Source: an uncultured delta proteobacterium
GTDB lineage: Bacteria > Myxococcota_A > Polyangia > Polyangiales > JAFGIB01
Reading direction: 5' to 3'
Assembly (NCBI GenBank): GCA_963778655.1
Contig: CAVZVA010000010.1
Location: 1,568,001-1,632,000 of the forward strand
DNA: 64,000 bases
The notes beneath the pieces were generated by a model, which was not told the DNA's origin, searched no databases, and worked only from the letters and a program-made list of their open reading frames with translations. Below are positions 38,930-49,077 of the stretch, piece after piece; position 1 is the first letter of the stretch; the number at the start of each line of letters is the position of its first letter. The position numbers and the translations under genes were made by a program.

Positions 38930-39109
38930 GGAGGCAGATCGCCGGGAACCGCGATCCGGCCGGCCCAGGGCTCATGACGCGCCCGCGTTGTGGTTGCTTC
39001 GCCGGCGATGCGGTGGACATAGCGATCGGCGTGTCGGGCGCCACGCGACCCGTGGGGCACGCCTGCGCGGTGGCGCGCCGGTTGCCCGCGCTTACGATCC
39101 GGCTACCCG

Positions 39110-39126
39110 ATACCCCCAGGGGGCAT
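39110..39126. promoter_or_regulatory. CsoR-type operator
   Basis: ATACCCCC-A-GGGGGCAT: G/C-tract pseudo-palindrome just upstream of csoR. Confidence 0.75.
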
Positions 39127-39139
39127 AGGGCCGAATGTC

Positions 39140-39430
39140 ATGATGAACGACGTCACCAAGAAGAAGGTGCTCACGCGGTTGCGCAAGATCGCCGGGCAGG
39201 TGGAGGGCCTGGCGCGGATGGTCGACCAGGACCGGTACTGCGTGGACGTGCTGCTGCAAGTTGCGTCCGCGCAAGGCGCGCTCGGCGAGGCCGGAAAGCT
39301 CGTGCTGCGCTCCCACGTCGAGACCTGTGTCAGCGAGGCCATGAGCAGCGGCAAACCCGCCGCGCGCAAGCAGAAGGTCGATGAGCTGATGCAGGTCTTC
39401 TCCCGCTACGGCTGCATGGGCGGAAGGTGA
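39140..39430 (+). CDS. csoR: Copper-sensing repressor, CsoR/RcnR family
   Basis: RLRKIAGQV.GL.RMV..DRYC.D, HVETC (Cys-His-Cys ligands). Confidence 0.92.
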   Translation: MMNDVTKKKVLTRLRKIAGQVEGLARMVDQDRYCVDVLLQVASAQGALGEAGKLVLRSHVETCVSEAMSSGKPAARKQKVDELMQVFSRYGCMGGR

Positions 39431-39433
39431 GCC

Positions 39434-41908
39434 ATGGAGCGCGTGCACGAGCGTTGGCACCCCAAGCACGACTCGCCCGCCTTGCACACGGCCGAGCTCC
39501 CGGACCCGGTGTGCGGCATGCAGGTCCCCGCCGACTCGCCGCACCGTCTCGCGCACTCCGGCCTCGAGTATCGCTTCTGCAGCGCGGGCTGCTTGGGGAA
39601 GTTTCGCCGGGAGCCGTCGCGCTATGTAGCAAGTGGAAAGGGCGGCCACGGCCCGAGCGCCGCCGGCGAGGCGGCTCCATACACCTGTCCCATGCATCCC
39701 GAGGTCCGGCAGCCGGGCCCCGGCAGCTGTCCCAAGTGCGGCATGGCGCTCGAGCCGGTCCAGGCCCCCGCGCCCGTCACGCGCGTCGAGTACACGTGTC
39801 CGATGCATCCAGCGATCGTCCGGGATGCGCCCGGGAGCTGCCCGATCTGCGGCATGGCGCTGGAGCCACGCAATGTCACCTCCGAGGCTCCCGCGGACAA
39901 TTCCGAGCTGCGCGACATGACCCGTCGCTTCTGGCTCGCGGTCTCGTTCACGGTTCCGCTGTTGGTGATCGCGATGGGCATGTACGTGCCCGCTTTCGAG
40001 CGGCTGCTTGCGGCGGCGATGTCGATGCGCACGCGCGTCTGGTTGGAGCTCGCGCTCTCGACGCCGGTGTGCCTCTGGGCGGCCTGGCCCTTCTTCGTGC
40101 GCGCCGTGCAATCGGCGAAGCACCGCAGCTTGAACATGTTCACCTTGATCGGGCTGGGCGTGAGCGTCTCCTACGGCTACAGCCTGGTCGCGGCCCTGTT
40201 GCCCGGGATCTTCCCCCCCTCGTTCCACGCTGCTTCCGGTGAGGTGGCAGTCTACTTCGAAGCCGCCGCAATGATCACGACGTTGATCCTGCTCGGCCAG
40301 GTGCTCGAGCTGCGCGCGCGCAGCCAGACTGGCGCTGCGATCAAGAAGCTGCTGGGGATGGCGGCCAAGTCGGCGCGACGCCTGCGCGAGGATGGCAGCG
40401 AAGAGGACGTGCCGCTCGAGGCCGTGCACACCGGCGATCGGCTGCGGGTTCGGCCCGGCGAGAAGGTTCCGGTGGACGGGGTGGTGCTCGAGGGGGCGAG
40501 CCATCTCGACGAGTCGATGGTCACCGGCGAGCCCATCCCCGTGCACAAACAGGCCGGCGACACGGTGATCGGCGCGACCATCAACGGCACCGGCAGTCTG
40601 GTCATGCGGGCCGAGAAGGTCGGCGCCGAGACGTTGCTCTCGCGCATCGTCGCCATGGTCGCCGAGGCGCAGCGCAGCCGCGCGCCGATCCAGAAGCTGG
40701 CGGACATGGTGGCCGGGTACTTCGTGCCGGCGGTGCTGCTCGTGGCCGTTGTCACCTTCGTGATCTGGGCGGCGGTCGGTCCCCAGCCGCGCATGGCGCA
40801 CGCCCTCGTCAATGCGGTGGCGGTGCTGATCATCGCCTGCCCGTGCGCGCTCGGCCTGGCGACCCCGATGTCGATCATGGTCGCTACGGGCAAAGGCGCC
40901 ACGATCGGCGTGCTGTTCAAGAACGCCGAGGCGATCGAGGTGCTGCGCAAGGTCGACACGCTCGTGGTCGACAAGACGGGCACGCTCACCGAAGGCAAAC
41001 CCAAGCTGGTGAGCGTGGTGGCCGAAGGCGGCATCGAGGAAGCGACGTTGCTGCGCCTTGCGGCGACGCTTGAGCGCGGCAGCGAGCACCCGCTCGCGGC
41101 GGCCATCGTGAAGGGGGCCGAGGAGCGCGGGATCGAGCTGGCGAACGCGGAGGTGTTCGAGTCGGTGACCGGCAAGGGCGTCAAGGGCCGGGTCGACGGG
41201 CGTGAGGTCGCGCTCGGCAACCGTGCGCTGATGCAGAGTCTGGGCATCGACCCGGAGGCGTCGGTTGCGCGTGCCGACGGGCTGCGCGCCGACGGCCAAA
41301 CGGTGATGTTCGTGGCGGTCGACGGTCAGCCGGCCGGTTTGTTGGGCGTCGCCGACCCGATCAAGCAGAGCACCGCCGAGGCGATTGCAGCCCTTCACCA
41401 GGAGGGCGTCCGGATCGTGATGCTGACCGGAGACAGCAAGACCACGGCCCAGGCGGTCGCCGGGAAACTGAGCATCGATGAGGTGATCGCGGAGGTGCTG
41501 CCCGACCAGAAGGCGGACAAGGTCAAGCAGCTCCAGGCCGAGGGGCACATCGTCGCGATGGCTGGCGACGGCATCAACGACGCTCCGGCGCTCGCGCAGG
41601 CCCAGGTCGGCATCGCCATGGGCACGGGCACCGACGTCGCGATGGAAAGCGCCGGTGTCACCCTGGTCAAAGGCGATCTTCGCGGGATTGCCCGCGCTCG
41701 GCGCCTGTCACGCATGACGATGGCCAACATCAAGCAGAATCTGTTCTTCGCGTTCATCTACAACAGCGCAGGCGTTCCGCTTGCGGCGGGAGCGCTGTAC
41801 CCCGTGTTCGGCCTGCTGCTGAGCCCGGTCATCGCGGCCGCGGCGATGAGCGCGAGCTCCGTATCGGTGGTGAGCAACGCGCTGCGCCTGCGGGGAGCGG
41901 ATCTGTGA
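39434..41908 (+). CDS. copA: Cu(I)-translocating P1B-type ATPase with YHS and two YTCPMHP metal-binding domains
   Basis: DPVCGM..FCS..C, 2x YTCPMHP..CP.CGM, TGE, CPC, DKTGT, SEHP, GDGIND, YN, MSASS. Confidence 0.96.
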   Translation: MERVHERWHPKHDSPALHTAELPDPVCGMQVPADSPHRLAHSGLEYRFCSAGCLGKFRREPSRYVASGKGGHGPSAAGEAAPYTCPMHPEVRQPGPGSCPKCGMALEPVQAPAPVTRVEYTCPMHPAIVRDAPGSCPICGMALEPRNVTSEAPADNSELRDMTRRFWLAVSFTVPLLVIAMGMYVPAFERLLAAAMSMRTRVWLELALSTPVCLWAAWPFFVRAVQSAKHRSLNMFTLIGLGVSVSYGYSLVAALLPGIFPPSFHAASGEVAVYFEAAAMITTLILLGQVLELRARSQTGAAIKKLLGMAAKSARRLREDGSEEDVPLEAVHTGDRLRVRPGEKVPVDGVVLEGASHLDESMVTGEPIPVHKQAGDTVIGATINGTGSLVMRAEKVGAETLLSRIVAMVAEAQRSRAPIQKLADMVAGYFVPAVLLVAVVTFVIWAAVGPQPRMAHALVNAVAVLIIACPCALGLATPMSIMVATGKGATIGVLFKNAEAIEVLRKVDTLVVDKTGTLTEGKPKLVSVVAEGGIEEATLLRLAATLERGSEHPLAAAIVKGAEERGIELANAEVFESVTGKGVKGRVDGREVALGNRALMQSLGIDPEASVARADGLRADGQTVMFVAVDGQPAGLLGVADPIKQSTAEAIAALHQEGVRIVMLTGDSKTTAQAVAGKLSIDEVIAEVLPDQKADKVKQLQAEGHIVAMAGDGINDAPALAQAQVGIAMGTGTDVAMESAGVTLVKGDLRGIARARRLSRMTMANIKQNLFFAFIYNSAGVPLAAGALYPVFGLLLSPVIAAAAMSASSVSVVSNALRLRGADL

Positions 41909-41988
41909 AGCTGCGAACCGCGGCCGTTGCGACCGCCGACGAGATCGGCGGCAGGCAGACTGCAGCACCCGACAAGGCAAGGTGAGGA

Positions 41989-42201
41989 ATGCACTACGGG
42001 TACGGCGGCGCCCAAATGGGTTGGATCTGGTGGCTTTTCTGCACGGCGGCCATCGTCGTCATCGTCTGGGCCGTGGCCAGGGTTGCGCTGGGGCCTCGCG
42101 GCAGCGGGGACTCCCCGGAGATCGTGCTCAAGCGCCGTTATGCCAAGGGCGAGATCGATCGAGAGACCTACGAGCGCATGCTTGCCGAGCTACGCAAGTA
42201 G
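41989..42201 (+). CDS. Small SHOCT-domain membrane protein
   Basis: GAGGA RBS, one TM helix, LKRRYAKGEIDRETYERM. Confidence 0.85.
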   Translation: MHYGYGGAQMGWIWWLFCTAAIVVIVWAVARVALGPRGSGDSPEIVLKRRYAKGEIDRETYERMLAELRK

Positions 42202-42324
42202 CGATCCCCGGATGCGTCGCTGAGCCATGCACCACCGTTGCGAACCCTCATGAGACTTGGGCACGACACGCAGCGGATCACGACTCGAATCGGGGCTGGG
42301 GGCCCGCTTCGGGCAGCAAAGCCG

Positions 42325-42716
42325 TGACCGCCATCGACCCTGTTTGCGGTATGCCGGTCGATGAGCTCGCGGAGAAACATCGCGCCGCAGCCCAGACCGC
42401 GGTCAGCAAGGTCGAGCAGCCGGTCAAGCGGAACACTCCCCGCGCGGGGCAGCTCGAAGCAGGCCGTGCGGTCTTTCACGCGGTACCGGGATGACACAGC
42501 AGTGGCTCCAGCGCCTCGTCGACTGCCACATCGCGGGTGCGGCTTCCGTGGGCAACAACATGCTGGAGATGGCATACTGCACCGCGCGTGCTCAAGGGCG
42601 TGAAGGCGATGGTGTCGTCGACAGGCAACGGCTTTGTGATCGACGTGACCTCCGATGATCCCGCGACTGCATCCGAGATCTGGAAACGCATGCAAGCGCT
42701 TGCCCCGCAGGGCTGA
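42325..42716 (+). pseudogene. Decayed coding relic: YHS-like fragment fused to a doubly frameshifted hypothetical gene
   Basis: AIDPVCGMPVD; ...GRAVFHAVPG | MTQQWLQRLVDCH...EMAYC | VLKGVKAMVSSTGNGFVIDVTSDD...* across successive frame switches. Confidence 0.55.
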
Positions 42717-42822
42717 CCGGAACGAATCCAGGCGAGCGCGGTGGCCGACCGATGTTCGACTGTTTGATGTGCGCATGAGGAAAGACGAGGCGGGTTGCCC
42801 CAGGTGCACGGAGCGAAGGCGG

Positions 42823-44271
42823 ATGAAGCGAGCGCAATCTCTTGCCACAAACGTGCGACTCGGGCTGTTTCGCCTGGGCAAGGGCAACGGCCGCCTTACG
42901 ACCGTGTGGCTTTGGGCCTGTCTGCTTGCCGCCGCGGCGCAGGCTCAGCAGGTGCCCGCAACCGCTGGCGCTCCGCGCGCGACGGAGCCGGCTGCTGGTG
43001 GTGGCGTTGCGCAGAGCGCGCCGCGGCCGGTCCAGTTGAGGCCGCTCGAGCCGGGCGCGCCGACCGCCCTCGCACCGCTGATCGCGCAGGCGCTGCAGAG
43101 ACACCCGGCGTTGACCTCCGCACGCAAGAGCGTGTCGGCGGCGCACGAGGCCCCTTCACGCGTCGCCGCGCTGCCCGATCCGGTGCTGGGTGTGGCGCTT
43201 CAGAACATCCGGTTTGATCAGCCGGGCCTCGACACCAGTCCGATGAGCGCGCTGCAGATCGGGCTGACGCAGGCCTTTCCCTTTCCCGGCAAGCTGAGTC
43301 GCAGGCGAGCGCTTGCGGAAGCCCAGGTGTCCACGGCCGAGCAGAAGCTGGCGCTCGCCCAGGCGCTGGTGAGCATCAACGTACAGCGCGCCTACTGGCG
43401 CCTGCGCTTCGCCGAGACCGCCGAGCGCGTCACGGCTCAGAGCGAGCAGCTGTTGGACAGCCTGACCAATGCGGTGCACATCCGCTTCGGCCTGGGGCAA
43501 GGCGCACAACAAGATGCGCTGCAGGCCGAGGTCGCCCACAGTCGCCTGCGGGCCATGCTCCAGGAGCGCCGCCAGGAGGTGCGCTCGGCGCGGCGCGGGC
43601 TCAGCGGCGCGGTGGGCCTTGCCGCGAGCACGCAGCTCTCCGCGAGCGACCCGGCTCCGACCCAACCTGCACGTCTCGACCGAGCTGCGCTGCTCGGCAG
43701 AGCGCGCCAGCAAAACCCCGCGATCGCCCTGGCCCGTGCCCAGGCGCTCAGCGCGCGGCGAGGGGTGAGGGAGGCGGAGATGGACCGCTGGCCCGATTTT
43801 CAGATCGGCGTCGCGTATCGGATCCGCCAGGCTTCGCCGGGCGACATGAGCCAGGGCGCGGACATGTTCGGGGTGACCTTTGCCACGTCGCTGCCGGTGT
43901 GGACCGCGAGCAAGCAAAGCGCCCGCGTGCGCCAGTCCTACGACGAGCTCGGCGCCGCGGACGCATCCCTGAACGATACGACCCTGGACGTGACCACACG
44001 GCTTTCCCAGTTGATCGATGTCGTGGATCGGCTCGACGAGCAGATCGCGCTCTACGACAGGGAGCTGGCGCCGGAGGCCAATCAGGCCCTGGACGCGAGC
44101 ATCGAGGACTATCAGTTCGGGCGGGTCGAGTTCGTGTCGGTGCTCAAGAACTGGGAAGTCGACCTCGAAACCGGGCTGGCCCGCGTGCGCCTGCTGACCG
44201 ACCGCGCCGAGCGCGTGGCCGAAGTCTACGCGCTGGTCGACGGCGCGTCCGCGAAGGGGGCCGCACCATGA
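42823..44271 (+). CDS. TolC-family outer membrane channel of heavy-metal efflux system (CusC/CzcC-like)
   Basis: ALPDP, Q.FPFPGKL, SLPVW, YQFGRVEF..VL; ATGA overlap with adaptor; start uncertain. Confidence 0.88.
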   Translation: MKRAQSLATNVRLGLFRLGKGNGRLTTVWLWACLLAAAAQAQQVPATAGAPRATEPAAGGGVAQSAPRPVQLRPLEPGAPTALAPLIAQALQRHPALTSARKSVSAAHEAPSRVAALPDPVLGVALQNIRFDQPGLDTSPMSALQIGLTQAFPFPGKLSRRRALAEAQVSTAEQKLALAQALVSINVQRAYWRLRFAETAERVTAQSEQLLDSLTNAVHIRFGLGQGAQQDALQAEVAHSRLRAMLQERRQEVRSARRGLSGAVGLAASTQLSASDPAPTQPARLDRAALLGRARQQNPAIALARAQALSARRGVREAEMDRWPDFQIGVAYRIRQASPGDMSQGADMFGVTFATSLPVWTASKQSARVRQSYDELGAADASLNDTTLDVTTRLSQLIDVVDRLDEQIALYDRELAPEANQALDASIEDYQFGRVEFVSVLKNWEVDLETGLARVRLLTDRAERVAEVYALVDGASAKGAAP

Positions 44272-45863
44272 AGTCGCGCGCACTCGGCCTTTGCCTCGTG
44301 CTCGCAGCGCTGGCCGGCAGCTGCAACCAGGCGCCGGGAGCTGCGCCGACCGAGCAGGCCAAGCCCGGGGCCAAGGTGCTCTACTACCGCTCGCCCATGG
44401 ACCCGTCGTTCATCTCCAAGAATCCGGGCAAGGACGCGATGGGCATGAAGCTCGTGCCTGTGCACGAGGGCGATCCGGGGGCGAACCTCGACCTGATCTC
44501 GCTCAACGGCGCGGTCATCCAGCGCATGGGCGTGCGCGTGGCGGAGGTGAAGCAGGTGGCGCTCACGCGCGTGGTGCGCGCGCTGGGGCGCGTCGAATTC
44601 GACGAGTCTCGCGTGACCACCGTCAACATGAAATTCGACGGCTGGATCGAGAAGCTCTGGGTCGACGAGACCGGCCAATTTGTCCGCAAGGGCGCGCCGC
44701 TGTTCGCGATCTATAGCCCCGAGCTGCTCGCGAGCGAGGAAGAGTACCTGCAGATCCTGCAGGCGACGGCCGCAGGTCCCCATTCGGAGCACTTGCTGCG
44801 CGCCGCGCGCCAGCGTCTGCTGCAGTTCGACGTACCGGCCTCGTTGGTCGAGCGCATCACGCGCACGCGCAAGGCCGAACGCCGCGTGGTGGTGACCTCG
44901 CCCGCGCGCGGCTACGTGATCCACAAGACCGCGTTCGAGGGCACGTTCGTCAAGAAGGGCGCCAACCTGTTCACGCTCGGCGACCTCGGCGCGCTGTGGG
45001 TCGTCGCGGACGTGTTCGAGCTCGATGCGCCGTGGGTCATGGCAGGGCAGCGCGCGACGGTGGAGCTCGAGTACCTCCCCGGGCAGCCCCAGGAAGCGAC
45101 CGTCGACTACGTGTACCCGACGCTCGATCAAAAGACGCGCGCGCTGCAGGTGCGGCTGGTCTTGCCCAACCCCGACGTGGCGCTCAAGCCGGGCATGTTC
45201 GCGACCGTCCGGATTCACACCCAGCCGGTCGGGGTCACGCTGGCGGTGCCCAGCGAGGCGGTGATCCACAGCGGAGAGCGCAGCATCGTGTTCGTCTCCA
45301 AGGGGGAGGGTCGATTCGAGCCGCGCGAGCTCGAGCTCGGGGTGCTCGGCGACGACATGTACCAGGTGCGCAGCGGGCTGCAGGAGGGCGAGCAGGTGGT
45401 CGTCAGCGGCGAATTCCTGCTCGACAGCGAGAGCCGGCTCAAGGAAGCCGTGAAGAAGATGCTCGGGGGCAATCTCGCGACCGGCGCGGCCATGCCCGCC
45501 GCTGCGCAGGGGAAGGGCGACGCCGGCGTGCAGATGCCGTCGATGCCGGGCATGGCCATGCCGCCCTCGAAGCCGCCTCCGGCAACGAAACCGGCGCCCG
45601 AACGGAAGGTGCGGCAGATGCCGTCGATGCCGGGCATGCAGATGCCGCCGGCGCAGCCAGTCAAGCGCCCGAAACCCGCGGCCTCGGGCGCCCCGCCCGC
45701 TCCGAAACCGGTGCCTGAAGAGAAGGCGCGACCGATGCCGTCGATGCCGGGCATGCAGATGCCACCGGCGCAGCAAGGCAAGAGCCCGAAGCCCGCGGCT
45801 TCGGGCGCCACGCCCGCGACCTCGAAGCACTCGGACGAGGATCATGCTCGGCCGCCTGATTGA
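44268..45863 (+). CDS. cusB: CusB-like periplasmic adaptor with Met-rich C-terminal repeats
   Basis: LAGSC lipobox, YYRSPMDP..PGKDAMGMKLVP, YSPEL, LKPGMF, FLLDSES. Confidence 0.9.
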   Translation: MKSRALGLCLVLAALAGSCNQAPGAAPTEQAKPGAKVLYYRSPMDPSFISKNPGKDAMGMKLVPVHEGDPGANLDLISLNGAVIQRMGVRVAEVKQVALTRVVRALGRVEFDESRVTTVNMKFDGWIEKLWVDETGQFVRKGAPLFAIYSPELLASEEEYLQILQATAAGPHSEHLLRAARQRLLQFDVPASLVERITRTRKAERRVVVTSPARGYVIHKTAFEGTFVKKGANLFTLGDLGALWVVADVFELDAPWVMAGQRATVELEYLPGQPQEATVDYVYPTLDQKTRALQVRLVLPNPDVALKPGMFATVRIHTQPVGVTLAVPSEAVIHSGERSIVFVSKGEGRFEPRELELGVLGDDMYQVRSGLQEGEQVVVSGEFLLDSESRLKEAVKKMLGGNLATGAAMPAAAQGKGDAGVQMPSMPGMAMPPSKPPPATKPAPERKVRQMPSMPGMQMPPAQPVKRPKPAASGAPPAPKPVPEEKARPMPSMPGMQMPPAQQGKSPKPAASGATPATSKHSDEDHARPPD

Positions 45864-48800
45864 GATCTCGGTCGCGAACCGCTTCCTGGTGGTCGTGTTG
45901 GCCGTGGTCGCGCTGGCCGGCGGGGTGCTGGCGATGCGCGCCACGCCGCTCGACGCGATCCCGGACCTGTCCGACGTGCAGGTCATCATCTTCACCGAGT
46001 ACCCGGGCCAGTCGCCCCAGGTGGTCGAGGACCAGGTCACATACCCGCTCACCAGCACCATGCTCTCGGTGCCGCGGTCGAAGGTCGTGCGCGGCTACTC
46101 CTTCTTCGGTCTGTCCTTCGTCTACGTCATCTTCGAGGACGGCACGGACATGTACTGGGCACGCAGCCGCGTGCTTGAGTACCTCAACTACGCCGCCGGC
46201 CGCCTCCCGGAGGGGGTCACCCCTGCGTTGGGGCCGGACGCGACGGGCGTGGGCTGGGTGTACGAGTACATCCTCAAGTCCGACAACCACCACGACCTCG
46301 CCCAGCTGCGCTCGATCCAGGACTGGCAGATCCGCTACCAGCTGCAGCAGGTCCCCGGCGTCGCCGAGGTTGCGAGCATCGGCGGATTCGTCAAGCAGTA
46401 TCAGGTCACTGTCGACCCGCAGAAATTGCAGGCGTTCGGCATCCCGCTGGCCAAGGTGCGCGAGGCGATCAAGCGCAGCAACCGCGACGTGGGCGGTCGC
46501 GTCGTGGAGCTCGCCGAAACCGAGTTCATGGTGCGAGGCCTCGGTTACATCAAGTCGCTCGACGACATCCGCGAGATCCCGCTCGCGGTCAGCCCCGACC
46601 ACGTCCCGGTGCGCATCGCCGACGTGGCCACGGTCGGCGTCGGGCCGGAGATCCGGCGCGGGCTGGCCGACTGGAACGGCGAGGGCGAGGTCGTGGGCGG
46701 CATCGTCGTGATGCGCTACGGGCAGAACGCCAAGCAAGTGCTCGACGACGTCAAGCGCCAGGTCGCCAAGATTCAGCAGACGCTGCCCAAGGGGGTCACG
46801 ATCGAGGCCGCCTACGATCGCTCGGGGCTGATCGAGCGCGCGGTGAAGACACTGCAGGGCAAGATCGTTGAGGAGTGCATCATCGTCGCGCTGGTCTGCA
46901 TGCTGTTCTTGCTGCACGCGCGCAGCGCGCTGGTCGTGATCTTCACGTTGCCGGCCGGGATCCTGCTCGCCTTCATCATCATGCGCCTGCAGGGCATCAA
47001 CGCCGACATCATGAGCCTGGGCGGAATTGCGATCGCGATCGGCGCCATGGTCGATGCCGCGATCGTGATGATCGAGAACATGCACAAGCACATCGAGCAC
47101 GCGGAGCCCGACGCGGACCGCTGGCAGCTCGCGGTCGAGGCCTCCAAGGAAGTGGGCCCGTCGTTGTTCTTTTCGCTGCTCATCATCGCGCTGTCGTTTA
47201 TGCCGGTATTCGCCCTGCAGGCGCAGGAAGGACGGCTGTTCAAACCGCTCGCGTACACCAAGACCTACGCGATGATCGCCGCCGCGCTGCTCAGCGTGAC
47301 CGTGGTGCCGATCCTGATGGGGTATCTGGTCCGCGGGCGCATTCGGGCCGAGTCGCGCAACCCGATCAACCGCGCGCTGGTCTTCGTCTATCGACCACCC
47401 TTACGCGCGGCGTTGCGCCATCCCGTGGTGACCTTCGGCGTGGCGCTGCTCGCGCTCGCGGGGGCCGTATGGCCGGTGTCGCAGCTCGGCAGCGAGTTCA
47501 TGCCGCCCCTGGACGAAGGGGACCTTCTGTATATGCCGTCCATGCTGCCAGGGGTCTCGATCACGAAGGCGCGGCAGGTGCTTCAGCAGACCGACCGCAT
47601 CATCAAGAGCTTCCCGGAGGTCGACCACGTGTTCGGCAAGGTGGGCCGTGCCGAGACGGCCACCGACCCGGCGCCGCTGAGCATGATCGAGACGGTGATC
47701 ACGCTCAAGCCTCGTTCGCAATGGCGTGCCGGCATGACCAGCGAGAAGCTCGTGCGCGACCTCGACAGCGCGGTGCGTTTCCCGGGGCTGACGAACGCGT
47801 GGACCATGCCGATCAAGACGCGCATCGACATGCTGGCGACCGGCATCAAGACGCCGGTCGGCATCAAGGTGATGGGCAGCGACCTGAATGAGCTCGCGAG
47901 GATTTCCGAGGCGATCGAAGCGGAGCTGCGCAACGTGCCGGGCACCGCGTCGGTGTACGCGGAGCGCGTCACCGGCGGCAACTTCCTCGACATCCGCATC
48001 AAACGCACCGCAGCGGCGCGCTACGGCATCCAGGTCGACGACATCCAGAACGTCATTTCTTCGGCGATCGGCGGCATGAACGTGGGTCGCACGGTCGAAG
48101 GTCTGGAGCGCTACCCGATCAACGTGCGCTATCCGCGTGAGCTCCGGCAATCGCTCAGCGCGATCAGGAGCGTGCTGGTCGATTCGCCGATGGGCCACTC
48201 GGTGCCCCTGGGTGAGCTTGCCGACATCGGCTTCGTCAAGGGCGCGCCGGTCGTGAAGTCCGAGGGCGCGCAACCTACGGCGTGGATCTATGTCGATGTC
48301 ACCGGCTCGGACATCGGCGGCTACGTGCAGCGGGCCAAGCAGGTGGTGGCCCACAAGGTGAAGCTGCCTGCCGGCTACAGGCTGCTGTGGAGCGGACAGT
48401 TCGAGTACATGCAGCGCGCGGCCCAGCGCCTGCGGCTGATCGTGCCTGCGACCTTGCTGCTGGTGTTCATCCTGTTGTACCTGAATTTCGGCAGGCTCAC
48501 GGAGTCGCTGTTGGTGATGTCGCTGTTGCCGTTTGCCCTGATCGGGGGCGTGTGGCTCGTGTATCTATTGCACTACGAGCTGAGCGTGGCCGTTGGGGTC
48601 GGCTTCATCGCGTTGGCCGGCGTATCGGCCGAGATGGGCGTCGTCATGCTCGTGTACCTCGACCACGCCCTGCGCGACGCGCCGGCGGCAACCGACGGCG
48701 GGCCGCCGTCGCCGTCGGCGCTGCACACCACCGTTCTGGCCGGGGCCGCGGGCCGCGTGCGGCCGCTCGCGATGACGGTCTCGGCCATCATCTTCGGCCT

Positions 48801-48972
48801 GCTGCCGATCATGTGGAGCAGCGGGACCGGCGCGTCCGTCATGAAGCGGGTCGCGGCACCCATGATCGGAGGCATGATTTCGAGCACGCTCGTCACCCTG
48901 CTGGTGCTTCCAACGGTCTACAGCGTGATCGCATGCCGGCGCTTGCGAAGGGCCGAGCCCGCGCAGCGCTGA
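45844..48972 (+). CDS. cusA: CusA/SilA heavy-metal RND efflux pump
   Basis: DAIPDLSDVQVI, LGPDATGVGWVYEY, GAMVDAAIVMIEN, LLYMP, PAPLSMIET, IKTRIDML. Confidence 0.96.
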   Translation: MLGRLIEISVANRFLVVVLAVVALAGGVLAMRATPLDAIPDLSDVQVIIFTEYPGQSPQVVEDQVTYPLTSTMLSVPRSKVVRGYSFFGLSFVYVIFEDGTDMYWARSRVLEYLNYAAGRLPEGVTPALGPDATGVGWVYEYILKSDNHHDLAQLRSIQDWQIRYQLQQVPGVAEVASIGGFVKQYQVTVDPQKLQAFGIPLAKVREAIKRSNRDVGGRVVELAETEFMVRGLGYIKSLDDIREIPLAVSPDHVPVRIADVATVGVGPEIRRGLADWNGEGEVVGGIVVMRYGQNAKQVLDDVKRQVAKIQQTLPKGVTIEAAYDRSGLIERAVKTLQGKIVEECIIVALVCMLFLLHARSALVVIFTLPAGILLAFIIMRLQGINADIMSLGGIAIAIGAMVDAAIVMIENMHKHIEHAEPDADRWQLAVEASKEVGPSLFFSLLIIALSFMPVFALQAQEGRLFKPLAYTKTYAMIAAALLSVTVVPILMGYLVRGRIRAESRNPINRALVFVYRPPLRAALRHPVVTFGVALLALAGAVWPVSQLGSEFMPPLDEGDLLYMPSMLPGVSITKARQVLQQTDRIIKSFPEVDHVFGKVGRAETATDPAPLSMIETVITLKPRSQWRAGMTSEKLVRDLDSAVRFPGLTNAWTMPIKTRIDMLATGIKTPVGIKVMGSDLNELARISEAIEAELRNVPGTASVYAERVTGGNFLDIRIKRTAAARYGIQVDDIQNVISSAIGGMNVGRTVEGLERYPINVRYPRELRQSLSAIRSVLVDSPMGHSVPLGELADIGFVKGAPVVKSEGAQPTAWIYVDVTGSDIGGYVQRAKQVVAHKVKLPAGYRLLWSGQFEYMQRAAQRLRLIVPATLLLVFILLYLNFGRLTESLLVMSLLPFALIGGVWLVYLLHYELSVAVGVGFIALAGVSAEMGVVMLVYLDHALRDAPAATDGGPPSPSALHTTVLAGAAGRVRPLAMTVSAIIFGLLPIMWSSGTGASVMKRVAAPMIGGMISSTLVTLLVLPTVYSVIACRRLRRAEPAQR

Positions 48973-49077
48973 CCTCGAGCAGGGGCGTGCTCCATCTGCG
49001 CCCGCCGCTATGGGTCGGGAACCGACGATCGAGCCGGAGCCCAAGCGACCCGGCAGTCGCCGGAGACCGGCCCTTCG

